From Microcoleaceae cyanobacterium (GTDB lineage: Bacteria; Cyanobacteriota; Cyanobacteriia; Cyanobacteriales; Microcoleaceae), in the NCBI GenBank assembly GCA_051652765.1, contig JBOFUV010000125.1, forward strand, positions 1 through 19,867: DNA of 19,867 nt, given 5' to 3'. A program made the translations under genes and the position numbers. The notes below the pieces were generated by a model. It searched no databases. It had not been told where the DNA came from and saw only the letters and a list, made by a program, of their open reading frames with translations. Within the stretch, counting starts at the first letter, position 1; every line of letters begins with the position of its first letter. Positions 1-8,958 of the stretch are shown in pieces.

Positions 1-426
1 ACGGTTGAGGATATTCTGACGCAACAAAAAACCTTGGAATCTGTGTCCAAGGCGTTGCTGGTGGTCGGCGCGATCGCCCTACTGGTTGGGGGCGTGGGCA
101 TTGCCAATATTACGATTGCATCAGTAATCGAGCGGACTCCAGAAATTGGCCTGAGGCGAGCCATTGGAGCGACCCAGTTTGATGTCATGCTCCAGTTCAT
201 TCTGGAAGCAGCGATTCTCAGTCTCGTTGGGGGGGTGGTGGCCGTGGCAACGGTTCATGGCGCGACCACAGCGATTGCCAAGCAGTTTGAGCTGCCTTAT
301 GAGTTTGATCGTCGCACCACCTTAATTGCTTTGGGATCAGCCGTGTTGGTTGGGGTGAGTGCTGGGTTTATTCCTGCTCTCCGAGCCAGTCAGCTCGATC
401 CAGTGAAAGCGTTGCGAGGAGAATAA
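1..426 (+). CDS. ABC transporter permease, MacB/FtsX family, C-terminal part (5'-truncated by the window edge)
   Basis: Frame 1 is open from base 1 (TVEDILTQQKTLESVSK...). It has the FtsX-domain signature GGVGIANI..SVIERTPEIGLRRAIGA, hydrophobic TM segments and the typical C-terminus PALRASQLDPVKALR. Confidence 0.9.
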   Translation, partial: TVEDILTQQKTLESVSKALLVVGAIALLVGGVGIANITIASVIERTPEIGLRRAIGATQFDVMLQFILEAAILSLVGGVVAVATVHGATTAIAKQFELPYEFDRRTTLIALGSAVLVGVSAGFIPALRASQLDPVKALRGE

Positions 427-448
427 AAAACCCAGTGAATCACTGGGT
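425..448 (-). terminator. Intrinsic terminator downstream of fbaA, between convergent genes
   Basis: Inverted repeat ACCCAGTG-aat-CACTGGGT (430-448) adjoining the A-run at 425-430, which is a U-tract on the minus strand, about 55 nt after the fbaA stop. Confidence 0.8.
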
Positions 449-501
449 GCTCTGATCAAAGTAAGGAAAACTTACCCTGAATATTATTCAATTTAAACTT
501 C

Positions 502-1581
502 TTAAACTGCAACCGTCGCTTTGGAGGTTGCACTGAGTTCGCCCTTCGCATACTTGGCTGCAAATTCATCCAGGCTTTGAACCTTGATTTTGCCTGCATT
601 ACCCGCTGTCCCAAACTGCTGATAGCGATCGCCGCAAACCTTTTGCATCATAGTGATCGAAGGCTTGAGGAAGTGACGAGGGTCAAAGTTGGCAGTGTCT
701 TCTGATGCTGCTTTACGGATTGCTGCGGTGATTGCCAAACGGTTGTCTGTGTCAATGTTGACTTTGCGAACACCGCTCTTGATGCCCTTTTGGATTTCCT
801 CAACTGGAACACCGTAGGTCTCAGGGATGGTGCCACCGTATTGGTTGATCATCGCAATCAGATCTTCAGGGACAGAAGAAGAACCATGCATAACCAGGTG
901 AGTATTGGGCAGGCGGCGGTGAATTTCTTCAATCCGGCTGATGGCTAGAATTTCGCCAGTCGGCTTGCGGGAGAACTTGTAAGCACCATGGCTGGTTCCA
1001 ATGGCAACCGCAAGGGCATCAACTTGAGTTCTTTCAACAAACTCAACCGCTTGATCGGGATCAGTCAACAGTTGATCCTTGGTGAGAACTCCTTCTGCAC
1101 CGTGTCCATCTTCCTTGTCGCCCATTCCAGTTTCTAGAGATCCGAGACAACCGAGTTCTCCTTCTACACTGACACCAATCGCATGGGCAACTTTTACAAC
1201 TTCAGCCGTGACAGCAACGTTGTACTCAAAGTCAGCAGGAGTTTTTGCATCTTCCTCTAGAGAACCATCCATCATGACGCTGGTAAAGCCATGACGCATA
1301 GCAGAGTAGCAAGTTGCAGGAGAATTGCCATGATCTTGGTGCATCGCAATCGGAATGTGAGGATAGCTCTCAACAGCAGCCTGAATCAGGTGGCGCAGGA
1401 AATATTCCCCTGCGTACTTACGAGCGCCACGGGAAGCTTGCAGAATTACAGGACTGTTTGTTTCGTTAGCAGCCTGCATGATCGCAATGATTTGCTCTAA
1501 GTTATTGACATTGTATGCAGGGATACCATAATCGTGTTCTGCGGCGTGGTCGAGTAACAACCGCATGGGTACGAGTGCCAT
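502..1581 (-). CDS. fbaA: Fructose-bisphosphate aldolase class II (cyanobacterial/Calvin-cycle type)
   Basis: 359 aa starting [15 protein letters not shown], with motifs [31 protein letters not shown] and KVNIDTD. A GAGGAG RBS lies upstream of the ATG. Confidence 0.97.
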   Translation of the reverse strand: MALVPMRLLLDHAAEHDYGIPAYNVNNLEQIIAIMQAANETNSPVILQASRGARKYAGEYFLRHLIQAAVESYPHIPIAMHQDHGNSPATCYSAMRHGFTSVMMDGSLEEDAKTPADFEYNVAVTAEVVKVAHAIGVSVEGELGCLGSLETGMGDKEDGHGAEGVLTKDQLLTDPDQAVEFVERTQVDALAVAIGTSHGAYKFSRKPTGEILAISRIEEIHRRLPNTHLVMHGSSSVPEDLIAMINQYGGTIPETYGVPVEEIQKGIKSGVRKVNIDTDNRLAITAAIRKAASEDTANFDPRHFLKPSITMMQKVCGDRYQQFGTAGNAGKIKVQSLDEFAAKYAKGELSATSKATVAV

Positions 1582-1739
1582 AAAATCTCCTCTTGGTTAC
1601 GTGTTCCGTAAGTTTTTGGATGGTTCAGTTTAAAACAATCTTAAGACAAATTCTTAAGTTATTCTAAATTTTACTAGAAATCCAGGAGGGAAGGGAAGGG
1701 AGATTTTTTTAGCTAAGCGCCCTTGACACTGAACTTTGT

Positions 1740-1803
1740 TTTATAAGAATTCTTTATAAAAATTCTTTATAAAAAACTTTCATAAAAAACTTTTATAAAA
1801 AAT
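1740..1803. repeat. AT-rich degenerate tandem repeat, 12-13 nt unit TTT(T/C)ATAAAAA.. x5
   Basis: tttataagaattc / tttataaaaattc / tttataaaaaac(12) / tttcataaaaaac / ttttataaaaaat, upstream of fbaA. Confidence 0.8.
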
Positions 1804-1915
1804 TACTGATCCTTAAATAAGAATCACCGACCAAGCGTTCAATAGAGAGAGGTCTCCTCAGTCTCTCAATTCAGCTTCAAATCAGCAACTAGAAAGATAA
1901 CAGCTACTGTGTCAG

Positions 1916-3115
1916 CTACTGTATCTGAATCCGAGCTAGGGTTGTTTTTTGATAATAGTGCAGCAAAATTTGTTGATAGTTATACCCGAGTTGGGCCAAA
2001 CTATAGGCTCCCCACTGGCTCATACCAACACCGTGCCCAAATCCCCGCCCCGTGACCACAAAGTTGTTAGACCCTGGTTGACGAGCCACCCGAAATCGAG
2101 TACTTCTCAGATCTAATGCTCTGGCGATCGCCTCTCCGTCCATGACTCGACTCCCCGAACTCCCGACGACTTTCATCGAAATAATACTGCCGTGGGCAGA
2201 AGTTCGTTCCGGGTTCATCGCTGTAATTTGACCTACTCCAGAAATCCGCCGACTGAGATCCCCTTGGGAAAAGGTTTTTTTCCACTCAAACACAGGAGAT
2301 TTTTGATCATAGTCGGGTACGCCCCTGAGGTAAGGGAGAGGACTTTCCCAAACATCTTCAACATTTTCGGTGTGACCACCAGAGGAAGAATGAAATACGG
2401 CGAGAACGACCTGTCCACTATAGGTCAAGATTTGGCCTGCAGTGGAATTGACAGCGGCTTGAGTGCCTACAGATTCTGTGCTAACGCCTTTGTAGACTTG
2501 CCAGGATTGGTCATCCCCTAGGTCATAGGTGCCGTTGCTGCGCTCCCGTTTGTATAGGGCATAACTTCGGGCAGCGACCGCTTGGGCTTTTAGGGCTTCT
2601 TGGGGCCAATTCCCATCCATCTCGGCCCCCAAAACGCTGTAGAGATACTGTTCCAGATCAACATAGTTCACCGCAATCAATCCCTGGTTCTTCGGGAGAA
2701 TCAAGGCCCGTCCCCGATACCAGTTGTTGCCAATCCAGACGTAGCCATTGCCTGTTGGTTCGACCCACAGTTGAGAGGCTTGGCGTTGATTGAAGGCGAC
2801 TTTGCCATTTTTGAACAGCGCCACACCACCCCCTTTGGCTGGAATTTTTGCCAGAATTTGGCCTGAGTTGTCTCGAACAACGGCTGGGGTCGAACTGCCA
2901 ACCTTGACTTGGCTGGAATTGTCCTCAACTGCAATTCTCAGCAACAACGTAGCTTGAGCTGGAGCCACCATGACCAACCAACTCAGTAGGGACACGAACC
3001 CATACCGTTTCGTCCCTCGCAGCGCCGAAGTAAAAACATGAACCCAGGACATTGGGCTTGAAAGAACTGGCCTTGAAAAAATTAAGGTTGAAAGAACTGG
3101 CCTTGAAGTGATCAT
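1916..3115 (-). CDS. SpoIID/LytB domain protein (peptidoglycan lytic transglycosylase-like), exported
   Basis: Motifs VNYVDLEQYLYSVLGAEM, EALKAQAVAARSYA, QVYKG, FHSSSGGHTE and GRGFGHGVGMSQWGA. It has a signal-peptide-like stretch ending APAQA, and GAGG just upstream of the ATG at 3115. Confidence 0.93.
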   Translation of the reverse strand: MITSRPVLSTLIFSRPVLSSPMSWVHVFTSALRGTKRYGFVSLLSWLVMVAPAQATLLLRIAVEDNSSQVKVGSSTPAVVRDNSGQILAKIPAKGGGVALFKNGKVAFNQRQASQLWVEPTGNGYVWIGNNWYRGRALILPKNQGLIAVNYVDLEQYLYSVLGAEMDGNWPQEALKAQAVAARSYALYKRERSNGTYDLGDDQSWQVYKGVSTESVGTQAAVNSTAGQILTYSGQVVLAVFHSSSGGHTENVEDVWESPLPYLRGVPDYDQKSPVFEWKKTFSQGDLSRRISGVGQITAMNPERTSAHGSIISMKVVGSSGSRVMDGEAIARALDLRSTRFRVARQPGSNNFVVTGRGFGHGVGMSQWGAYSLAQLGYNYQQILLHYYQKTTLARIQIQ

Positions 3116-3367
3116 CGTAACCTCGGCGGACTTAATCCTGTAGTTTCCCTTGTCAACGAGAACGGCAATAGCTGGGGAGGCTCTGTCAGGGATCTTGGGG
3201 GCAATTCAATGCATACACAAATCTACAAGGTCTTTCTTTGAGTAGAAGTGAGGATCACCCCACCTGTCCTAGTAAAATCTTGAGTAAACTTGAGTAAGAT
3301 TTAGGTAACCATTTACTTTATGGAGTTATACCACACTCTGTCAAGCAAAATTGCAGGAGTTTAAGCT

Positions 3368-4327
3368 TTGCAAATCACGTTTCTGGGTACAAGCTCTGGA
3401 GTTCCAACGCGATCGCGGAATGTTTCAAGTATTGCCCTCCGTCTACCGCAACGGGCTGAACTTTGGCTATTTGACTGTGGAGAAGGCACGCAACATCAAT
3501 TTCTTCGCAGTGATTTGAAAGTGAGTCAACTGACTCGGATTTTTATTACCCACATGCACGGCGATCATATTTTTGGGTTGTTGGGACTATTGGCCAGTTG
3601 TGGCTTGGCGGGGAATGTAAAGCGGGTTGATCTCTATGGGCCATCTGGACTAGAAGAATACCTACATACTTGTCTGCGCTACTCTCAGACCCACCTCTCC
3701 TATCCCATCAAAGTTTATAAAAGTCGTCCCGGCGTGATCTATGAAGATGATGACTATATTGTGAGTTGCGGGGAACTCAAGCACCGAGTTCCTGCTACGG
3801 GGTATCGGGTAACGGAAAAGGATAAGCCCGGACGGTTTGACGTAGAGCAGGCAAAAGAGTTGGGTATTCCTCCAGGGCCGATTTATGGCAAGTTGAAGCA
3901 GGGAGAGATAGTTACTTTACCCGATGGCCGCAGGGTTGATGGGGCAAAATTGTGTGGTCACCCCCAGATTGGTCGGACGTTTGTCTACTGTACCGATACA
4001 GTTTTTTGTGAGGGGGCTGTGGAATTGGCAGCCGGTGCAGATGTTTTAGTACATGAAGCAACTTTTGCCCACCAAGATGCAGAGATGGCGTTTCAACGCT
4101 TACATTCAACGTCTACTATGGCGGCTCAGGTGGCCCTAGCTGCTGGGGTAAAAAAGTTAATCATGACTCATTTTAGCCCACGCTACGCTCCAGGGAACCC
4201 AATTGTTTTGGATGATTTGCTTAAGGAGGCTCGGGCAATTTTTCCCAATACGGAAATGGCCTATGATTTTCTCACCTATGGTATTCTCCGTGATCCGGAG
4301 GAGATACCAGAACGTCAGGCTAGCTAG
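3368..4327 (+). CDS. rnz: Ribonuclease Z (tRNA 3'-processing, metallo-beta-lactamase fold)
   Basis: [28 protein letters not shown], exosite [16 protein letters not shown] and THFSPRY. TTG start with AGGAG RBS. Confidence 0.96.
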   Translation: MQITFLGTSSGVPTRSRNVSSIALRLPQRAELWLFDCGEGTQHQFLRSDLKVSQLTRIFITHMHGDHIFGLLGLLASCGLAGNVKRVDLYGPSGLEEYLHTCLRYSQTHLSYPIKVYKSRPGVIYEDDDYIVSCGELKHRVPATGYRVTEKDKPGRFDVEQAKELGIPPGPIYGKLKQGEIVTLPDGRRVDGAKLCGHPQIGRTFVYCTDTVFCEGAVELAAGADVLVHEATFAHQDAEMAFQRLHSTSTMAAQVALAAGVKKLIMTHFSPRYAPGNPIVLDDLLKEARAIFPNTEMAYDFLTYGILRDPEEIPERQAS

Positions 4328-4461
4328 GAGGAAGTTCGATAGACCTGCTCAAGGAACCACTAGAATTTTGTGGGTTAGGTATCTTGCCCAACTGAGAACA
4401 GTGTGCCAGCGATCTCACAGGATTCAATATACTTCGGGCTAACACTTCGGGCTGAAACTGT

Positions 4462-6033
4462 TTAGGGCTGAATCAGAAACGCCTTATGCTGGGGTAAATT
4501 CCATTCTTCTTGAACCCGCTCTGCCACTAAGGGCTGAACTCGGAACCTGAGCGGTTGTCCCCCTTGTACATCAATCCGCACGGCTGAGTAGGGGCGGGAT
4601 TTATGCTTCCCCTGACCATGACGGCCAATAAACAAATGGGATTGCGCTACAGTCTGCTGTTTGCCATCGATTCCCCACTCTTCAAGATTTGGCCCTTCAG
4701 GTCGCTGTCGTCGTAAGCTGTGGCCACTTCCTCCACAGATCAACCAATGGATGTTGGCATCCCCATGGCCTGTTGCTCCGGTTTGAAGGTATTCTAAGCA
4801 GTGGGCGTGGCCATTGAGCACAAGATCTACAAGGGGGCGATCGCCTGCTAGTTCTCCCACGGCTCTGGCAACACCATCTAAAACTTGACGCAAGTTAAAC
4901 CGAACTTCCAAGGTTTGACCTTGCTCCCATTTTGTGGCTTCTGTAACATAGGGAGGATGATGGAAGTACAACACCCGTCCTCGCACTGCCGTGTTTTCCC
5001 AGGACTGAATTAGCCGTTGCTGCAGCCAGTCCAGTTGTTCTTGATCCGTTGCAGTCTGAGTGTCTGTCTGCAGACGCTTTTCAATATCCAGCTTGCTTTC
5101 GTCTAGATGTTCAATCCTGGCAACAATATCGTCAAAGCGTTCTGCCTCTTGGGGATGATTTGAGTTTAACCCTAGGGTTTCTTCTTGCAACTGGTTCTGC
5201 TGCTGTTCGAGGTGTTGATAACGGTTTTGCAATTGCTGCCGAAGAATCTCTCCGGCTGGAGTCTTAGGAATAGGGGCCGGAGCATTAAAGGTATTAGAAT
5301 CCAGGGCAAAGAAGTCAATCCCACCATAGCGAAAACTGTAGTAACGATTTGGGAGCCGGGTAAATTGGCCTGGGGTATAGCGCAAACAGCACCCCGTGTC
5401 TAGCTTTGCCGTGTAGTGGGTGTCTAGATGCTGATTTAAGGTATTGGGATCAAGGGCTTGAAGATAGTCTAGAAAGGCTCTGGCATAGGCTTCCCCCTGG
5501 TAAGAACCATGCCAACCGACATCCAGATCAATCTGGCGCTTCAACAACCGTCGGGGCAGCCAGGTCATCTGGGACAACAAGCCAAAGGCCCACGGTAGAT
5601 CATAGTAGTCATGATTGCCCAGGACAGGTAGGACTGGAAATTGGAAAACCATGCGGTCATAGGCAATTGTTTGATATCCCTCTGTTCCATTGACCAGAAA
5701 TTCCCGATAGGGAGCAATAAAGTTAGACGGATAATATTCGCTTGAACCCACTTGGTAAACCACATCCCCAGTGTGTAGCAAAAACCGAGAGTCTTGAGAG
5801 TGCTCCAGCAACAGTTGGGCAATTTTTCGCTGGGGGCTGTGGGTGGCGTGATAGCCTGTACCGCTGTCACCAATTACTAGGAAAGAAAATTCTGAGCAGT
5901 CTGCTCGCTGATCATCAATCTCCAATCGAGTTTGATCAATTCCCCGTTGGCAAATGGATGCCTCCTGCCAACGTACCCGTTGCTTCATCTTGTTGATCTT
6001 GGTTGCAATTGGGGGATCAGAAACAAAGTCCAT
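4462..6033 (-). CDS. Calcineurin-like metallophosphoesterase with internal coiled-coil insertion
   Basis: Metal-binding motifs in order: GDSG, TGDVVY, GNHDY, HHPPY, GHAH. I prefer the ATG at 6033 (MDFVSDPP) to the GTG at 6048; the start is not certain. Confidence 0.88.
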   Translation of the reverse strand: MDFVSDPPIATKINKMKQRVRWQEASICQRGIDQTRLEIDDQRADCSEFSFLVIGDSGTGYHATHSPQRKIAQLLLEHSQDSRFLLHTGDVVYQVGSSEYYPSNFIAPYREFLVNGTEGYQTIAYDRMVFQFPVLPVLGNHDYYDLPWAFGLLSQMTWLPRRLLKRQIDLDVGWHGSYQGEAYARAFLDYLQALDPNTLNQHLDTHYTAKLDTGCCLRYTPGQFTRLPNRYYSFRYGGIDFFALDSNTFNAPAPIPKTPAGEILRQQLQNRYQHLEQQQNQLQEETLGLNSNHPQEAERFDDIVARIEHLDESKLDIEKRLQTDTQTATDQEQLDWLQQRLIQSWENTAVRGRVLYFHHPPYVTEATKWEQGQTLEVRFNLRQVLDGVARAVGELAGDRPLVDLVLNGHAHCLEYLQTGATGHGDANIHWLICGGSGHSLRRQRPEGPNLEEWGIDGKQQTVAQSHLFIGRHGQGKHKSRPYSAVRIDVQGGQPLRFRVQPLVAERVQEEWNLPQHKAFLIQP

Positions 6034-6255
6034 GACGAGGGGCTCCACGATAAACTGAATCGTCCAGCAGAATTTTCAGTTGCCTCTGCCTCCGTTGAAA
6101 TTATAAGTAAATCTGCTTTAGCTTTCAGCAATCCGTGGTGAGTTTTGGGGTGTGAAGTTCAGAGTTGTCCTGCCCCTTTGTCGCTGATCTCTTAGAATAG
6201 AAGAGTGAAAATATTGAGTAATGTAAACAAGGGCAGTCTCCGAGGGAATTGAACC

Positions 6256-7287
6256 ATGACTCCTGCCGTCTTCGTTGAAAAGTTGCAAAAGCGATATGGC
6301 TCTGTTGAAGCCGTCAAAGATGTTTCTCTGGCGATTAACCCTGGAGAAATTTTTGGGTTGCTTGGCCCCAACGGTGCGGGCAAAACCACGACCCTACGAG
6401 CATTGTGTACGTTGATTACCCCAGATGCTGGACGACTAGAGGTTTCAGGCATTGATGTAGTGCAGAATCCCCGTCTGGCACGGCAAAGATTGGGCTATGT
6501 GGCCCAAGAAGTTGCGCTTGATAAGGTATTAACAGGCCGAGAACTCCTACAACTTCAGGCTGCTCTGTATCACCTGCCGCGAGCCCAAGCTCCGGGTCGA
6601 ATCAATCAGGTGATCACCCTTTTGGGTTTGGCAGACTGGATTGATCAGAAGAGTGGGACTTACTCCGGTGGAATTCGCAAACGCCTTGATTTGGCGGCTG
6701 GGCTGCTGCACCAACCGGATGTTTTAGTGTTGGATGAACCCACGGTTGGCCTAGATATTGAAAGTCGAGTGGTCGTCTGGGACTTTCTGCGGCAGTTGAA
6801 AGCTGCGGGAACAACGGTTTTGATCACCAGCCACTACTTAGAGGAAGTAGATGCGTTGGCGGATCGGGTGGCAATTATCGACAAAGGAGTTGTGATTGCC
6901 ATGGGAACTCCTTCAGAACTCAAGGATCGGGTTGGGGGCGATCGCATTACCCTTCGCATTCGAGAGTTTTCTCCCTTGGAGGAAGCAGAAACAGCCCGGA
7001 ACCTGTTGCAACCCTTGCCTTTTGTACAGGAAGTGATTATCAACAGTGCCCAGGGAAATTCTTTAAACTTGGTTTTAAACTTGGTGGTAGACTCTCAGCC
7101 AGATACCTTGTCAACCATTCAGCAAGCGTTGAAAGGGGCTGGATTACCCACCTTTGGGATTGCTCAATCTCGCCCCAGTTTAGATGATGTTTATCTAGCG
7201 GCAACAGGTCGAACGTTAATGGATGCTGAACTCGCTGCTGTTGGCACTCGCGATCCCAAGGCAGAAAAGAAACAAAGTATGCGGTAA
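6256..7287 (+). CDS. ABC transporter ATP-binding protein, DrrA-like (ABC-2 exporter)
   Basis: Walker A GPNGAGKTT, signature YSGG, Walker B VLVLDEPT, H-loop TSHY, and C-terminal PSLDDVYL. Confidence 0.95.
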   Translation: MTPAVFVEKLQKRYGSVEAVKDVSLAINPGEIFGLLGPNGAGKTTTLRALCTLITPDAGRLEVSGIDVVQNPRLARQRLGYVAQEVALDKVLTGRELLQLQAALYHLPRAQAPGRINQVITLLGLADWIDQKSGTYSGGIRKRLDLAAGLLHQPDVLVLDEPTVGLDIESRVVVWDFLRQLKAAGTTVLITSHYLEEVDALADRVAIIDKGVVIAMGTPSELKDRVGGDRITLRIREFSPLEEAETARNLLQPLPFVQEVIINSAQGNSLNLVLNLVVDSQPDTLSTIQQALKGAGLPTFGIAQSRPSLDDVYLAATGRTLMDAELAAVGTRDPKAEKKQSMR

Positions 7288-7405
7288 AACCCGAAGTAAT
7301 GCCTTCAAAGTCATGCTTTGCAAGTCGAAAGTTACAGCGTTTAAAGTTACAGAGTTAATGATCAAATCCAGAGAATTAAATGATTAATTGAGGAGCAGTT
7401 TAATT

Positions 7406-8290
7406 ATGAGTAGTACAATTACTCCGATTCCATCAGAAATGAATTTATCGCCCAGTCATACAGGACTGAACCGTTCTTCCTGGATTGCAGATTTTATTCA
7501 GGAAACCACTGCCTTGACCAAGCGGTTGTTCATTCAACTTCAGCGTCGTCCTTCTAGCCTTGTTGCTGGAATTATTCAGCCTCTGATGTGGCTAATTCTG
7601 TTCGGGGCGTTGTTTCAAAATGCTCCCAAAGGGCTGTTTGGAGAGAGCCAAAACTATGCTCAGTTTCTCGGAGCAGGGGTGATTGTATTCACGGCCTTTG
7701 CCGGAGCGTTGAATGCGGGATTGCCTGTGATGTTTGACCGGGAGTTTGGTTTCCTAAATCGTTTGTTGGTTGCTCCTTTGGCCTCGCGGTTTTCGATTGT
7801 GACCGCCTCTGCGATTTATATTGTGGCCTTGAGTTTGATTCAAACCACTGCAATTGTGATTGTAGGAGCCCTTCTAGGAGCAGGACTGCCTGGAATTGGC
7901 GGGCTAAGCATGATTGGGTTAATTGTCTTGCTTCTGGTTTTGGGGGTAACGGGGCTAAGTTTGGGATTGACGTTTGCTTTGCCGGGTCATGTGGAGTTGA
8001 TTGCAGTAATTTTTGTGACCAACTTGCCTGTATTATTTGCCAGTACGGCCCTAGCTCCTCTGTCATTTATGCCAAATTGGTTGCAGGTTGTGGCGATGTT
8101 AAACCCCCTTAGCTATGCCATTGAGCCAATTCGTTACCTTTATTTGCACGGCGATTGGTCATGGAGTTCTGTTGTCATGGATGGGCCGGTGGGAACGGTA
8201 ACCTTTAGGAGTGCCTTGCTGGTCTTGTTGGGATTTGCGATCGCTTGTCTACTTGTGATTCAGCCGCTGCTGCGCCGTCGATTTGCCTGA
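7406..8290 (+). CDS. ABC-2 type permease (Ycf38-like), partner of the upstream ATPase
   Basis: About six hydrophobic segments, with DREFGFLNRLLVAP and MPNWLQ..AMLNPLSYA. The ATG at 7406 follows GAGGAG (7390-7395) and is preferred over the TTG at 7388. Confidence 0.92.
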   Translation: MSSTITPIPSEMNLSPSHTGLNRSSWIADFIQETTALTKRLFIQLQRRPSSLVAGIIQPLMWLILFGALFQNAPKGLFGESQNYAQFLGAGVIVFTAFAGALNAGLPVMFDREFGFLNRLLVAPLASRFSIVTASAIYIVALSLIQTTAIVIVGALLGAGLPGIGGLSMIGLIVLLLVLGVTGLSLGLTFALPGHVELIAVIFVTNLPVLFASTALAPLSFMPNWLQVVAMLNPLSYAIEPIRYLYLHGDWSWSSVVMDGPVGTVTFRSALLVLLGFAIACLLVIQPLLRRRFA

Positions 8291-8340
8291 GAAAGATTGG
8301 TTTTGAGCACTGCTTTATAGCAATCAGTCATGACTGATAG

Positions 8341-8433
8341 GATATTTGATGAAATATCTTTCATCAAATATTTCATCAAAGTATTTCATCAAAGTATTTC
8401 ATCAAATATTTCATCAAAGTATTTCATCAAATA
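8341..8433. repeat. Inverted copy plus six tandem copies of TTTCATCAAA(G)TA
   Basis: ATATTTGATGAAA (8342-8354) is the exact reverse complement of 8359-8371. Tandem units start at 8359, 8371, 8384, 8397, 8409 and 8422. Confidence 0.95.
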
Positions 8434-8601
8434 TTTGTGGTATAGGGTTTTAGCCTGCCCTGGCGAGATACCGATTCATGTTTATGATTCAAATCAGATT
8501 GCTATCTAGGCTGTCAAACTTAAGGGGTTACTGCTGCGTTCAACCAAGCGCTACAATAGCTTCAACTGAAAATCTGTAACACCTTGATAAAGGCAAAGAT
8601 T

Positions 8602-8952
8602 ATGGCTGCAAAGATTTCGCTCCTCGCCCTAGCTGTATTTGCCAGTCTAGGGACACCCAGTTTTGCTCAATCTAATAATGAGGTTGATCCTTTAGAGGGC
8701 TTTGACACTTATGAACAGGACTCTCGCACGAATGATGGCATCGACTCTCGTACCATGTTTGACCTGATCCATCGGATGCAAACTGGGGGATTTAATATTG
8801 ATTATGATGCCGCGCAATCGCAACAACAGCAAAGTATCAAAGATGCAGCGGCTGAGTTTCGAACCAAGCAACGAGAACGCCTGCAGCAACAACAGGGCGG
8901 AGCCGCTCCCGTTCAGTCTGTTGAAGGCCCACCTGTTGAAGGCCCACAGTAA
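8602..8952 (+). CDS. Hypothetical secreted protein
   Basis: Sec signal peptide (MAAKISLLALAVFASLGTPSFA|Q) and an acidic/Q-rich mature part. It ends 6 nt before the dprA start. The ATG at 8602 is preferred over the TTG at 8584. Confidence 0.75.
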   Translation: MAAKISLLALAVFASLGTPSFAQSNNEVDPLEGFDTYEQDSRTNDGIDSRTMFDLIHRMQTGGFNIDYDAAQSQQQQSIKDAAAEFRTKQRERLQQQQGGAAPVQSVEGPPVEGPQ

Positions 8953-8958
8953 ATCAAC

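Noticed and set aside
4328..4461. tmRNA or tRNA gene downstream of rnz
   Set aside because: No tRNA-like acceptor stem, T-loop/CCA end or ssrA 5' sequence was recognised, and the 134-nt gap is too short for tmRNA.
7328..7356. RpaB HLR1 site (also the TTTACAG repeats at 10238-10276)
   Set aside because: Half-site periods are 15 and 13 nt rather than the 10 nt of HLR1, so they are better explained as tandem duplications.
8341..8433. CRISPR array (also considered for 10199-10276 and 13911-13980)
   Set aside because: Units are 12-18 nt, contiguous and lack unique spacers, and there are no cas genes in the window.
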